From Adineta vaga (lineage: Eukaryota > Animalia > Rotifera): a DNA stretch of 64,000 nt. Every line of letters starts with the position of its first letter. Position 1 is the first letter of the stretch. The notes beneath the pieces are model-generated. The model searched no databases. It saw only the letters and a program-made list of their open reading frames with translations, and was not told the DNA's origin. Made by a program: the position numbers and the translations under genes. Positions 1-14,686 of this stretch are shown here, in pieces. The stretch is from NCBI GenBank assembly GCA_021613535.1, contig CP075493.1, positions 6,572,001 to 6,636,000 on the forward strand, in the 5' to 3' direction.

Positions 1-3
1 TAG

Positions 4-3000
4 AAGACAGATGATCAGAGTTATTTATATGCAAATATACCTAGTACATAGATTAGTTTGGGAATTCAAATCTCAATACATTACAAGGTCGTTGATCAAA
101 GAGAATATCTACCATCAATATAGAAATAGATTAATAAAATGTTCTTAAGAAATTTAACTCTTTCTCTCTCACTCTCTCTCTCTCTCCTAACAATAGGTTT
201 CACTTAGGATTATTTGAATATATAAAAAAAAGAAGCTGAATTCATATTTTGAACAATATTTATCTTTTCAATAGCTCTATCAACCAAAATCTCATATAAA
301 ATATGCACCCATTAATCAAATACCATCCAACATCGAAGATGAAACAACCAGTATTCGTTCAAAAAGTAAGTTTCATTCATGTTATATGAATGGATTTTGT
401 CTTTCAACTAGGAATATCTCACATAGATACATACATTACAAAACTTTGTCACCTAGTTTAAATAGATATTCTATAATTTTCTACGCACATACCCATTTAC
501 ATGTTAGAGTAAGACAAACAAAAAAATTCGTTCATATTATTTTCTTTCATATCTAATCTTAATATCCCTATTGAACCTTATTTATTCTTTCTTTTGTTTT
601 TGCACAACGTCGAAAAGGCATTTATATAGTTTGATTTGATTTCTTATATAAATGCATGTTTGTAGTTTAGTATATGTTTGTTTTCCATTTCGTTACTTAT
701 CTAGAAAAACATACTGTACTGTACAAGGTCAATCATCATATCGATGACCGTGACAGTTCACGTGTTCAGTGTCGTCTACTTTTAACTGCAAATGAGCATG
801 CAAGACAGTTGCAACATCATCCTAAGAAACGTTTGAACATCGTCATTTCAGATATGGATACAAGCAATACATGCGATCGGCCAATGATGAAATTCCTTTT
901 GAATACTTGTTTTGAATGGAATTTTTCTTCACCTTCCTTTCAAAAATTTCAAGTAAGATTCATTCGTAAAGATAGAATTCAATTCTAGAATGTTTGAATT
1001 TTCTAGGCTCTCGTAGCATTTTTCATCTTAGATGCATTTGTTGATTTATTTATCACAATATGTATTATATTGAATACATTTTTTATGGCTCTTGATCAAC
1101 CAGGTCAAAGTGAAAAGATGACATCATTATTGGCGGCGGGAAATTATATTTTCACGGGAATATTTACTACGGAAGCCATTTTGAAAATTATTGCCAAATC
1201 ACCGGCAAAATATTTAAAAGATGGATGGAATGTTTTCGATTTATTTATTGTTACATTAAGTCTTGTAGAATTAGGTTTGGCAAATATCAAAGGTCTTAGT
1301 GTTTTACGATCATTTCGTTTAGTAAGTTTTGAAATTCGTTTTTTATTTGATTTATTAATTTTCTCGATGTAAGTTACGAGTATTTAAACTGGCAAAATCA
1401 TGGCCAACTTTAAATCGTCTTATGTCAATTATTGGAAAAACTATTGGAGCTTTAGGAAATTTAACATTAGTACTTGTTATCATTATTTTCATTTTTGCTG
1501 TTATGGGCATGCAAGTAAGTTTGAAAGAATACGTTTCTTCTTTATTAAATTCTATAATATTAAAGTTGTTTGGTCCACATTATGCAAAAGAATTTTCAAA
1601 AGATATGCCACGATGGAATTTTGTGGATTTCTTTCATGCATTTATGTAAGTTGTATTGATATAGATATATCATTTGCAGAAGAAAAATGAAATTATTTTT
1701 TCAAAGGATTGTATTTCGTGTATTATGTGGTGAGTGGATTGAATCAATGTGGACATGTTTAGCCTGTGCTGGTTGGCCTTGTGTACCATTTTTTCTTTTC
1801 ACATTTGTTATTGGTAATCTTGTGGTATGTAGATATCATTTTTTCCATTGATGAACAATGAGCTTTTGAATTGTGTTGAATGGATGTATTCTTCTTAGGT
1901 CTTGAATTTATTTTTGGCTCTTCTACTTGCATCATTTGGTTCAAATGTTCTTGCTGAGCGAGAAAAAGAAGATGATGATAATAAAATTGGTGAAGCTATT
2001 GATCGTATTCAACGATGTTTTCGGTTTTTACTTCGTTTCATAATACAATTGTTTTTTGGAAGAAGACAAGAGAAGTCCACCATGATCGAAAGTAACACTA
2101 CGGAAACGATTTATATTAATCAAGTTTGTTAACAAACTACAACTGTTTTTCTTCCGTTCATCTCCTTACATATTCATTTTTTAGTCTCTGGCTGGTACAG
2201 ATCACTCAATAAATCATCTTTCTTTATCAACATCCATCGATATTGACAATTCAAAGAATAATCTAAATGGTTTATCAATTCTAACTCGACAAAGCGAAGA
2301 TATAGAAATGACATCTTTAAATAGAAGAACAACAGCTAATCCTACGTCAATGAGTCCTTTAACCTACCAAAATCTTCATATGCCACCAGAATGTTGTCCA
2401 AGAATGATTTCGAAATATTTTGATGCTTGTAAATATATCATACCAGAAAATATTCAACGGCGTTGGACTTTTCTTCGAAGTCGAGCACATCGTTTAGTTG
2501 AACATCGATTTTTTGAATGGTTGATTATTGGTAGTATTTTAGCAAGTAGTACTACTCTTGTAAGTCACTCAATCTGTTAATAATGAGCGAAACTTAATTG
2601 GTTTTTTTTTAATCTCTCATAGGCATTAGAAGATATTAATACGCGACAACAACCGACATTTTCAGCAATATTACATTTTTTTGATAAAGTTTTTACGATT
2701 ATATTTACAGCTGAGTTAGTTTTAAAATGGTTTGCATACGGAATAAAAAATTATTTTACAAATGGTTGGAATTGGTTAGATTTTCTTATTGTTGTTGTTA
2801 GTGTTCTTGGAACATTACTTGATGCATTAGGTGTAGCTGATATTCCTGCATTTAAATCAATGAGAACATTACGAGCTTTAAGACCTTTAAAGGCACTTTC
2901 AAGATTTGAAGGAATTCGAGTATGACAATTTCGAATTATTGATTTTATTTTTCATATACTTCTTTATCAATCTAGGTTGTTGTCAATGCATTAATTGGTG

Positions 3001-5686
3001 CCATTCCGTCCATATTTAATGTTTTATTAGTATGTCTTGTCTTTTGGTTGATTTTTTCTATCATGGGTGTACAATTATTTGGTGGAAAATTCTATAAATG
3101 TGTCTATGTTGATACACATGATCGAGTTGCTCTATCGGAAAATGTAACGAATAAAGTCGATTGTATACAAAAAAATTTTACATGGGAAAATTCTCGAGTC
3201 AATTTCGATAATGTTATCAATGGTTATTTAGCTTTATTTCAAGTTGTAAGTGAAAAATTTGCATTGTTTTTTGTTTTTGTTTAACAAAACTGATACAATA
3301 ATCATTTGAATATAAAATTCTAGTGAATAATTGATTTTGTGTTCTTTTTAGGCAACATTTAAAGGATGGATTGAAATAATGGCTGATGCAGCCGATTCAA
3401 AAGACGTATATTTCTCCTCTCTCTCTCTCAACATGTACAAAGTTCTTTTCTTTAGCCTGATGTTCAACCAGAACATGAAGCTAGTGTTTATCTTCTTGTC
3501 TATTTCGTTTTCTTCATTATATTTGGCTCATTTTTTACATTGAATCTTTTCATTGGTGTTGTTATCGATAATTTTAATCAGCAGAAACGAAAAGTAATCA
3601 GACGATATATTCTAAATTAAATCAAAATAACAACAACAACAACAAAAAATCTTTTTTTATCTATTTCAGTTAGGTACTGGTGGTTCAATAGAAATGTTTA
3701 TGACGGATGATCAAAAGAAATATTATAATGCAATGAAAAAAATGGGAAATAAAAAGCCAACAAAAGCATTACCAAGACCACGAGTACGAAATCTTGAAAA
3801 TCAACATTTAATCGTTTGATCTTGAATTTCTTTTCAGATTACTATTGCAAGATTTTTTTTTGATTTAACAACCAATCAAAAATTTGATATATTCATTATG
3901 ATATGTATTTTTCTCAATATGATTTGTATGTGTTTGGAATATGATGGACAAAGTGATGCATATGGACGAGTTTTAGGTTATATCAATAATTTTTTTGTTG
4001 CAATGTAAAGAAGAAGAATTTTCTAACGATTTTGTCATTTTTTTCTCTTCATTTTTTCAATTAGATTTACAATTGAATGTGGAATGAAATTATTTGCATT
4101 ACATTATAAGTATTTTACAATCCCCTGGAATGTTTTTGATTTTATCATTGTTATTGCATCAATTCTTGGTATGATTTTCTTGTTCTCTTTCTTAATTGAA
4201 GTACTCGAGTACTAATTTAGTCATGATATTTGAAAAAGGTTTGATTCTGTTTTTGATTGAAGCATTCTTTCTTGCATAATTGTAGTTTTATATGTACTTC
4301 TTGTTTATTCATTTTCTTTTATACCATTTTTGATCTAATTGAAGAATAGAAGTAAGCTTGAGAAAGATTTTTGTTTAGGTCAAGCATTGGGAAAATTAAT
4401 GGAAAATTTCTTAGTTCAACCAACTGTATTACGTGTGGTACGAGTTGCACGTGTTGGTCGAGTTTTACGTTTAGTTAAAGGTATGCAATTTTCTTCATTA
4501 GAAAGTTTACATCATTTCAATATTTGCATTTTAAGGAGCCAAAGGAATTCGTACATTACTTTTTGCTTTAGCTGTTTCTATGCCAGCTTTATTCAATATC
4601 GGTCTTCTTCTTTTTCTCGTCATGTTTATTTATTCAATATTTGGTATGTCATTTTTTGCGTATGTAAGAAAATCTGCAGGTGTTACAGAAATATTCAATT
4701 TTGAAACATTTCCCAATTCTTTAATTATCCTTTTTCAAATGTGTACAACTGCTGGATGGTCCGGCGTTTTACAAGCATTAACAAATGATAAACCACCGGA
4801 CTGTGATCCGACACTTAAACTACCATCACATCGAGGTGATTGTGGAAGTACTGCAATTGCTATTCCATTTCTAGTGACATATCTAATCATTAGTTCTCTT
4901 GTTGTGGTAAGATATTGACGAATTTTATTCATTTTATTCTTCTCTAATGATTTAGGTTAATATGTATATCGCGGTTATACTTGAAAATTTCTCTCAAGCT
5001 CAAGAAGATGTACAACAAGTGAGTACTTCATATTGATGTCATTACTTCAATGTATTGTACAATAAATTTATGTCTAGGGATTAACCGATGATGATTATGA
5101 TATGTATTATGAAAAATGGCAATATTTGGATCCATCAGGTTCACAATTTATTCGTTATGATCAATTATCTGATTTTGTCGATGGATTAGAACCACCATTA
5201 CGTATACCTAAACCAAATCAATTATTACTTGTTGCAATGGATTTACCTATCTCTGAAGATGATCGAATGCATTGCGTTGATATTCTTGATGGTTTAACAA
5301 AATATTTTCTCGGCACATTAAGTGTTTCTGAACTAGGTACAGAAGCCAATGCTTCGATTAATATCAAGAAAGATCGTCCCAAAGATTATCGACCTACGAC
5401 AACAACATTACAACGTCAACGAGAAACCTATTTAAGTCGACTTGGTTTACGAGGATTTCGAGCAAATGTTACACAATGTCGAGTAAAACGACAAAGTCGT
5501 GAACCAATTCTTGAACGAGTGACTATCGATGAACTCATTGATCTAGATGATTTAGGAACACCAACATCAATTGTATCGCGTCGAAGTAAAAATTCAATAA
5601 GAGATTCAACATCGAATATCGTTACTAAACAAGAACATGAAAGGACTCTTTCCAATGCATCATCAATAAGTTCACTTGATAGATAA
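4..5686 (+). CDS. Voltage-gated sodium channel alpha subunit (Nav1-type), 3' portion: DI-II linker, DII, DIII, DIV, C-terminus; multi-exon, 5' end outside window
   Basis: S4 segments [32 protein letters not shown] and [19 protein letters not shown]-loops LCGEW (DII), TFKGW (DIII) and TTAGW (DIV) give x-E-K-A. Inactivation linker [17 protein letters not shown] (~3691). C-terminal EF-like [10 protein letters not shown]. Small exons before ~705 are tentative. Confidence 0.95.
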
Positions 5687-8393
5687 TCATTTTGTTGATG
5701 CAATTATTTATACAAAATATTTATTGAATATTTTTTTTCTCTCTCTCTCTCGTTCTCTTTTAGACTAGGCTTGTTTGTGATATAATAAATTATCGTCTAA
5801 GCAAAATACTTATATAACTAGTTAACTTTCGTATCTGATGATTGTTGGGAAAAGACTGGAAATCTGGCAAATAATAAATATGTTCATATTGTTTTATTGA
5901 TGATAGCGTTCTTGAATTAACATTTATCGTTCTCCAGAGGATTCTGATCAATGAATTTGTTGATGCAAAAAATTAGTTTCCATGTTATAAAACAGCTCAA
6001 TAAGACAGATTCTTTCGTAGACATCCATTGTGTTGATCAAGGTTATGTAATGCAGACATCGATGAAAAACGAATCCCTTCGAGGCATAGTCTGTTAATCT
6101 ACTTCAGTGAAATAGTTATATCGCAGAAATATGTATTAAATCTAAAAACAACTTAGTTTTTTCATATAATCTTTATGATAATGTATGAGAACTACCAAAC
6201 ATTGTCATTATAAGATATGCTTTGATATTCACGGGTAAAGCGAATGGTCAAGAACTTTTGATTCGATTTTCTACATATCGTTCTGCTCGATCAAATGAGA
6301 TTAAATGAATCGAAACGAATAGATATTCTCATTAGAATACTTAATCTTCCATAGAAGAGAATTATTAATATAGATATCGACTGTTGAACAGTATTTTCGT
6401 GAATAAATGCTATAAAAGTTAATCTATTCAATTAATTTAAACTTTTGATGTTTTCTTAACACGCACATTTCCTATTCAAAAGTTGTCATCAACAATCATA
6501 GTCACTTTTTTTCTCTCTTCATATTACCATTGCATGTATGTATAGGATGATAAATGATTTCTCTATTTAACTTGATATTATCCATAAGTGATCCACCTAC
6601 ATTTCAAAGTGTAATAATTCACTTTTCGATTATGTGTGAAAAATATGCTTTTCTCTTCTAACAAAATTCAACTGACAGCCGACATATAATCATTAGACAA
6701 TGTGAGAAGATGAAAAGAGCGCACACTATTTTTCAGGTGTGTAATCGTCATTATCATCATTTGATGGTGGTGGTGGTGGTGGTGATGATGATCAGACATA
6801 CATATGTGTATGTCTATAAATGAGAACGATATGCATCATTTTCAGTTAACTTCATATCGTATTGATGTAAGTTGATATCTGTATACATTTGTAAACATTC
6901 ATTTTAAATCGACGAAAAGGTTGGATTAAGAAGAGAAAATAAACGTTCGTTTGTAATGATTGAAAGTAATATGAAACATATTCAAAGTAGTTTTTTTTCT
7001 TCTTTCTCATCAAATGTCTGTATACATATAGAAATGGTATTAGTGAAGGTAAATTGAACCATAAGCACATCGAATGATTTGTATCTGTCTTACCTTTTTC
7101 TAGATGTCATGTATGTAAATTTTGTCGTATATTTCGTATACACATCCTTCATGCATTGTTTGACACATAGTGTTTTAATAATATTAGTTTTTCTTTTGCT
7201 TTTCATTTATGGGTGTGAAAGAAAAATGAAAATGAATAATAATATCAATACTCACTAATTGTTATTCTTGATATATGTATTTATAAAATTCAATTTATGA
7301 TCTCATTAGATAAAGAGATTCTATCGCAAAAGAAATGGGAGTTTTTTTTCTCTCTCTCTCTCTCGATTTCTTTTCGTAAGAATAATAATGAATAACAAGC
7401 ACATCCACACGTTTTCTATGATGTAATAACTATGATTCTTGCCTTTTCAATATGCACGCATGTTCTATCAGACAAGAGTATCAAAATTCTCGAGAGAATT
7501 GATAAGAAATATTTTGTCTGTTTGTTTATTTATTGACAATAAACGGCTTTTTCTTCTTCTCCATCTTATCAAAAATCGACTTCACACGATATGAAGAGAA
7601 AAAAAGACGAGAAGATAATTATCCGGTCATGACCCTGTAACTTGAAAGAGGAGACTTATTCCGATTTCATTATACTCATAGAATAATGATGACACTAATG
7701 ACGATTAACATTTTAAAGAAGACAGGTATTTGATTGAAATCGATGGAGTTATGAAACACGCATCATCATCATCATAAATGATGACTAGCCTAAATGTATA
7801 TGTTCTCTTTTTGCTCTCTCTTCCTCTTGAGAGCCATTTGTCTGACGGACAACAATCATGCCGAGATTTCGCCCGATAGAATGATAGTTCATCTATTTAT
7901 CCATTCACACTTTTTTGCATGAATTCATACAATTATTAATGAATACTAACAAGGCGTTTCCCATGAATAGGTTTTCTTTTCTCTTTCTCGCTCTTGTTTC
8001 CATATGCAGGTGTAATCGCGTGTTCTACTTTATGAACATATGCACATACACACATCTATTGTGTCGTCGAAATGAACGGCTAAGATTGATCTAATTGATC
8101 GTATATACATTTTCTCATTAGGACATCATACTGTGCCAAGATAATTATGCTTTCTTCTTTCTTTCTTAAAGACAGATGAGATTCGACAATTTGACTGTCA
8201 ATGATGGTGCTAGTGATTGTAGTTGAAGAAAGAAGGTAATCTATCACTCTCCGTCTCTCGTTCTATTGCTGTCAACCATTGGGCGTTAACGAGAAAGAGA
8301 AAAGAGAATGAGAGAGAACGAGAGACATAGAGAAGAATACATATAATTCTTTCTCATTCTTCTTGTTGTCTGTTCATTCACCATCATTTCTCG

Positions 8394-10559
8394 ATGATCA
8401 TGCATCTATTCAACATATTCTTTCTACTTCTACCAGCATTGATTCAATCTCGTCAACATGAAATCTCTTTAAATGAAGAAACACCACTTGGAACTATCAT
8501 ATTTGATTTAAATACTCTCTCATCATCATCATCTATTACCTATCAATTACTAGAAAGTTCATCTTTACTTGCATTTAATTCTTCAACAAATCTTATTTCA
8601 ATAGCAAAACGTATCGATCGTGATACTCTATGTCCAAATGATGATACATGTTCAAAATGTCAATTAACAATTAAATTCTATGATATGTTTTATTATGACA
8701 TACTTTTACTTATATTTAATATCAATGATATTAATGATAATCCACCAATCTTTAGTTCAAATACTTATTCCATATCTTTAACAGAAAATAATATTCCAGG
8801 TATAAAAATTCGTTTATCTAAAGCTGAAGATATTGATTGTTCAATGAATGGTGTACAATTATATGAACTAACGTATGTTCTTCATGGTCATGTCATGATT
8901 TCATCAATAAATCTACTTTTAAAACATCAAAATCAAACAAAATATCAACCATTTTATTTATCCTATGATTCCAATACGGATCTATATCTGATTATCAATC
9001 AAACACTTGATCGAGAATTACAAAATGAATATATATTTACTATAACAGCAAATGATTATTCTCATACAATATCATCAAAATTAACGTTAACAGTTTTAGA
9101 TGTTAATGATCATATTGCACGATTTTCTCAATCAATCTATTCTGTTAATATGTCTTATTCAACAAGTCCGGGAACGATTCTCTTGAAATTAACTGCATAT
9201 GATCCTGATCTAGAACAAAATGCTCGAATTTTTTATTCGTTATTAAGTATTGATGGTACAACAAATAAGAATGATCTCTTTCAAATTAATTCTCATACAG
9301 GTGAATTACGTTTAATTTCGAATTTAACTCATCTGGAATCGAAACGTATTTTTAAATTAATTATTGGCGCATCGGATGGTTCTAATCATGCCATACCAGC
9401 ATTAACAACTGTATATATAAACATTATTCAACAATCGATTATAACAATAACATTCGGTTCAAATCGAATCTCTTCAAATGGTTCAGAAGTTTTTATTGAA
9501 GAAAATTTACCTAATTCAACATTTATTGCTTATATAACATCTGATAAAACTCTTCAAGTATTACCTGAAGGTAATTCTCAAGGTTTTTACATACAAAAAT
9601 TATCGGATAATTCAATTACATTATTAACTGATCGAAATTATGATCGAGAATTACATTCATTCTACAATGTTTCAATACGTAGTGGAGATAATGAACGAAA
9701 TTTTCGAATTATTGTGACGGATATTAATGATTGTCGACCGACATGGAATACTTCATTATTGAATATTAATGTTGAATCATATTTGATGATTTTGACATTG
9801 AATGCGACTGATAATGATGAAGGTCAAAATGGTAAAGTTGGATATCGTAAAAAAGGTTCTTTTTGGCCTGAATGGATTGATTTAATTGATAACCAATTAA
9901 TAATTAATTGTACAAATCAAACAGATAATCATTGTTGGAATCATTTATTAAATGAAGAAGTTTATATTGATGTTGAAGCTTTTGATTATGGTCAACCAGC
10001 ATTATCTTCACTAATGAAAATACGTTTATATCGAAGTTCAACTCGATTAATGTTTATGAAATATGAATATATGATTGTTAGTATTGCAAGTTTATTAGGT
10101 ATTCTATTTGTTTTATCGATGATATGTATTTGCATCTGTTGTCGACGAAGACAAACGAAAAAAAATATTGAAATCATGGATGATAATAGTACGAAACAAA
10201 AAATCATTCAGACATCATCGTCCGAACAAAGTTCATCGGCTGGTTCACTTTACGGATCAGAAAAATCGGATAATATTACACTCGAAACAGCAACGAGTTG
10301 TCATTTAGTAAGTGAAATCAATCATGACCGAAAAAAAAACTAATCAATTTCTTTTCTTTTCTATTAGGATATGTTTTTATTTTCTCCAAAACGTGCAGCA
10401 ACAATGACAGATTCACCATATCCATATACATTTCTGAATAAATCACTAAATCCAACAGATACTTTAACCAATAAATTATTTCATTCAATTCAAACTGATC
10501 TTTCATTATTAACTGATTCGAAACCAGATGTTTTGACTAATCGTGGTACTTATGTTTAA
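8394..10559 (+). CDS. Protocadherin-like type I membrane protein (~5 cadherin repeats); exons 8394-10307 and 10368-10559
   Basis: Signal peptide; cadherin motifs xEE/EN, DRD/DRE, DINDN/DVNDH/DINDC and AxDxD; TM helix followed by ICICICCRRR. Phase-0 intron gtaagt(10308)..ag(10367) joins the last exon in frame. Confidence 0.9.
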
Positions 10560-13413
10560 TTGTTATTTTTTTCTGTTCCTTTTTATTTATTTGATGTTGT
10601 AAGATCTGTGCTCTTTTCGATTTCTTAATGTAATAAGGCTTGATATGGTGATAATTTCAACAAGAACTGCCTCTGTATACTTATATAAATATTTATAAGA
10701 AAAGAAATTACATCAGTTAGTTTAAGAAAGGGTCAAGGCATCTGTTTGGCATTCAATATATTTTCGTTTCTCTACTTGTTCTTTTTGATTTCTTTCTCAA
10801 CTTGATGAAATTTGTGTGAAGTTGTCTGTCTATGTTCATTTGACTGTATATATGGCTTATCCCTGAAAATGACGGATGAGCATTGAACGACAGACATCAA
10901 TTCTGCTCTATCGATTATCTTGACATAGTCTGGCTAACAATAATAGATATAACTTGCGAAGAAGAAGAAGAAGAAAAAGAAGAAAGTGTTATTGCGTAAA
11001 GAAAATATATAGATTTTCTTTTGGTAAACCAACTGATTGCATAAGATATACACATGTATATCTGACATTCTTTGTCTTTCGTTGTCTTCTTAGGTCAAAG
11101 GAAATCATTTTCTATTCATGCTGAGTTTTCTTCTTAGAACGATAACCGATCGTTATTGTTGATGATAAATTTCATGAATCACAAACTATTTATTTTCCGC
11201 ATCATGCTTGAATGGCAAAGTGTATATATTTCATGTCATGGGAAGATATGCCCCATGCTGTTCCTAATTGTAGAATTTGAAAAATCTTTGACAACGATAT
11301 ATCAATGTTTCATCCTTTTCTTTTTTTTTGGTCATAGCGGCAACTTCGCACGCATCATTATCTCATCAGACTGACCATTCATTCACGTGCTTGGACACTT
11401 TCTTCCGATTAGATTCACCCTATAGCATTCTTTTCAATAGACATCAAGTGAATGCTGATCTTATTGGCATCTGTCCGCACTTTTTTCTATGTGTTGTTAT
11501 TTCGAGAAACTTCCAACTGAGATCTGATTAAATGAGCATACCAACAGCTGCACAATCAAATGTTGTTAATAGGAATCTACAATTTGATTATATATCTCAT
11601 GAAACGAAAGGATAATAAAATAGAGAACTAACATGCGTTTCGATATACACATGAGACCATAGAAATATTTCCTATGATGATCAATTAGACAGACAAGACG
11701 AAAGAATGTGCTTCCTTTTTAATGGACAGCAAGTATTGTATAGTTGGAGGGCAACAAATGTTGTCTTGAGATATGATCATTGAGAAAGAAAAAGAAAGTA
11801 AGATTAAATTGTCGTTAGTTAAACTTTCATGATCGCCTTCAGGCTAATCAAACTTCACCGGAACTATAATCTTCTTTCGACTCGAGTGATGTCTATAGGA
11901 TAGTATGAACTAGAAGAAGAAGGCGATAGTAATTAGTTATAATTAGCTGAAAATGTTATTTGTTGAATCAGTTGTTCGATTCGATGATGTACATCTGTTT
12001 CATAAAAGAATGTTCACTTGTTCAGTAATATCATTGTCATATTCAGGGTAATCCATAGGACAACAGTTGTTCAATATTCGTCAATCGACAAATGAAGATA
12101 TAAGTTCAAAGACAGCTGATGATGTAATAGAAAAATTCAATTATTTATACTTCACGGCGTCGATATTGGAGTATCGATGTCTTGAAGAGAATGACAAGTA
12201 ATTTGAATAATCAACAATGTATATATCTGTCGATTGATGATTAAAGAAACGACAACTTGTTTAATCCACTTTGAAATCTGAAAGCGACATAGAAGATGTG
12301 AGAGAAACGGAAAGCAAAGAAGAAAAAGAATCTCATCAAACATAATCTGATATGATTGCATGTTTATAATGAATTTTCTAACGAATTGAATCGTGTCTAT
12401 TATCAGTAAATCAATCTCGATAAACAAATGAGATCATTTGAATATTTTTTCGATCGTGAATTGACCGATTAGGAAAAAAAATGGTATGTAATAAAAATGT
12501 TGATTATCTGATCGAATCATTTATTATTCTCTCGATGTAACACTTCAATTGATGAAGTGAGTAACGGTCAAGCGAGTGTGAAAATTATCGTTGAATAATT
12601 GTTGATGAGATGAAGTTTGTTGAAGAGTTTAATCGATGGTACTCACAATGTGATCTCCTAGAGAGAGAATCGAACATAGTTATGATAAAAACAAATCTAC
12701 TTAAGTCTATCAAATATGGAAAGAATTGACCACATATTGTGATAAGATTTTCTTTGATCTGAATATTGAAATAAGTGGTAAATTTTTTAGAAAATATCAC
12801 CTTAGATTATCAAAGTAGATTCTACTGATTGCTTCGTCATAACATTGATAAATATGGATATGAAATGAAAGAATAATAAAATATATATGATGTTCAACAT
12901 ATTTTTCAAGTACGTAAATTATATAACAGTATCAACAAAATAATTGAAATGTAACATTATTTTGTCAGTATTCGACACGTCAATCATCGGTAAAAACGTT
13001 TGTTCACAATCAACTGTCAGTATTCGTTTGTGTTGCTATCATCACCTTCTGTTTGATCACATTTTCGAATTCATCAGTGAAGATTACGCAAAGAAAAACA
13101 GAATGCTCAATTAAATAGAAAAGATATCAATAACATATGTCTACTGTACTATAGTATAGGTATCAGAAGAGAATTCACATTTGTTTAATGAGTTTTCGTT
13201 CAAGTAGAATATTCTTGAGAGTCTGCATATATATAGAAAAGAAGGATGATTTCGATCATTGAATGTAATGCCGTCAGCTGGACAGAAGTCATCATTACTT
13301 TGGTCGATTCACTTTTGTAAAATTACACAGATGGTTCGCTCACGGTGCATTTTATATTAAGAAAATGTTCTGATTTATTTATGTTAAAAAAGATCTCACA
13401 CATTGAATATATT

Positions 13414-14391
13414 CTATATTTTATAAACAGTTCCTTGTATACCAATATTGATTCCTGCTTGTTGACAATGTTCTCGTTGTTTACTTTGTAAATCGTACAA
13501 AGGATTGGAATGATTTAAATGTATTAAAGTAATTTTATGTTCGAATCCTCGAAATTTTTCTAATGTTTGCATAACAGTTGGATGTGGAATTTCATCAATT
13601 TTTCGATTCGGTAGTTCATCAGCACTGAAAAATGTTGCATCAAGAAATGCTTGATCTACAGATTGAACAATATCGAGAGGTAATAAACCATTTTCATTTA
13701 ACCAACCACGATCCCAACTATCAACATCTGGACAAAAGAAAAATGTTCGTAATGATCCACGAATAAAATAACCAACGGCATCACTAAATTCTGCTCGATG
13801 TGGAATAAGTTGTGATTTAAGAAATAGATCTGATGATAGTTGAATTTCAGTTTGCGGTACTAGAGGATTGAGCACAAAATTTCCTATTTGAATATATGTC
13901 GACCATGGTTGATTAGTTTGAAAAAATTGACAGACACTTTCAGTTCCATAAATCTATGTAATGTATCAAGAGATTATCGTTGAGTATGAAAGTTTAGCAT
14001 ACTTTTAAACCTTTCCAATCCATTGTTTCACGTCCGAATTGAAAGAGACCAGTATAATGTCTACAAAAAAACATAGAAAGATCAATAATACCATCATGAT
14101 CTATTCATACCCCATATGTAAATGAGTTAAAAAGATTCCTTCTAATGTAAATGATTTATCTAATCCAAAATGCTTCTGTAACATTGTATATTGATTTCGA
14201 AAATCTGGCGAACAATCTATAAGCCATACTTGATTTGTTGTTTGATTAATAATGGCTAAACTAACAGTATATTGTTGAGGTAAAATTCCTTGATGAACTG
14301 AACTACAGTTTTTGCATTGACAACGAATTTGTGGCATACCACCATCTTGAGCAATACCTAATAGAAGTATTTCCGTAGTATTTGCTGTCAT
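13414..14391 (-). CDS. PqqB-like metallo-beta-lactamase-fold hydrolase (bacterial-type), 3 exons
   Basis: LLGIAQDGGMPQIRCQCKNC, LIDCSPD, spliced THLHMG|HYTGLFQFGRE, PHRAEFSD, PDVDSW, FLDATFFS, IPHP and LIHLNHSNP. Introns 14110-14061 and ~14002-13954 restore the frame. Confidence 0.85.
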
Positions 14392-14686
14392 TGATAACTC
14401 AGAAAAACGAATATATGTATGACCGATTTCTTGCTTCAAAATATGAATTATGACTAAGAACAGCGGTTATAAAATTTCAAATTCACTAGAGGTCGTTAGT
14501 TTTGAAGTGTTTACAATTGGTTAAATGTGTAACTTATCATCTCAACCTGGACTCTCAACAACACCATCATCATCAACAAAGATTTAAATAAGATAATGAG
14601 AACTTCAGATCTTCTTCTTTTCTTAAATTGATTCAATTACGTTTTCATCTCTGTAGATAATTCTGGATTATTTAGATTTTCTGGCA
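14392..14686. promoter_or_regulatory. Probable bidirectional promoter between the PqqB-like gene and Sec24
   Basis: Divergent start codons ~295 bp apart; the interval also appears to contain a Sec24 5'UTR splice acceptor. Confidence 0.5.

Noticed and set aside
5700-8390. Short ORFs and simple repeats (CT, GGT/GAT) upstream of the protocadherin
   Set aside because: Low-complexity intergenic sequence; no TE, RNA gene or array signature seen.
10600-13400. Short ORFs downstream of the protocadherin
   Set aside because: No motifs or consistent splice structure.
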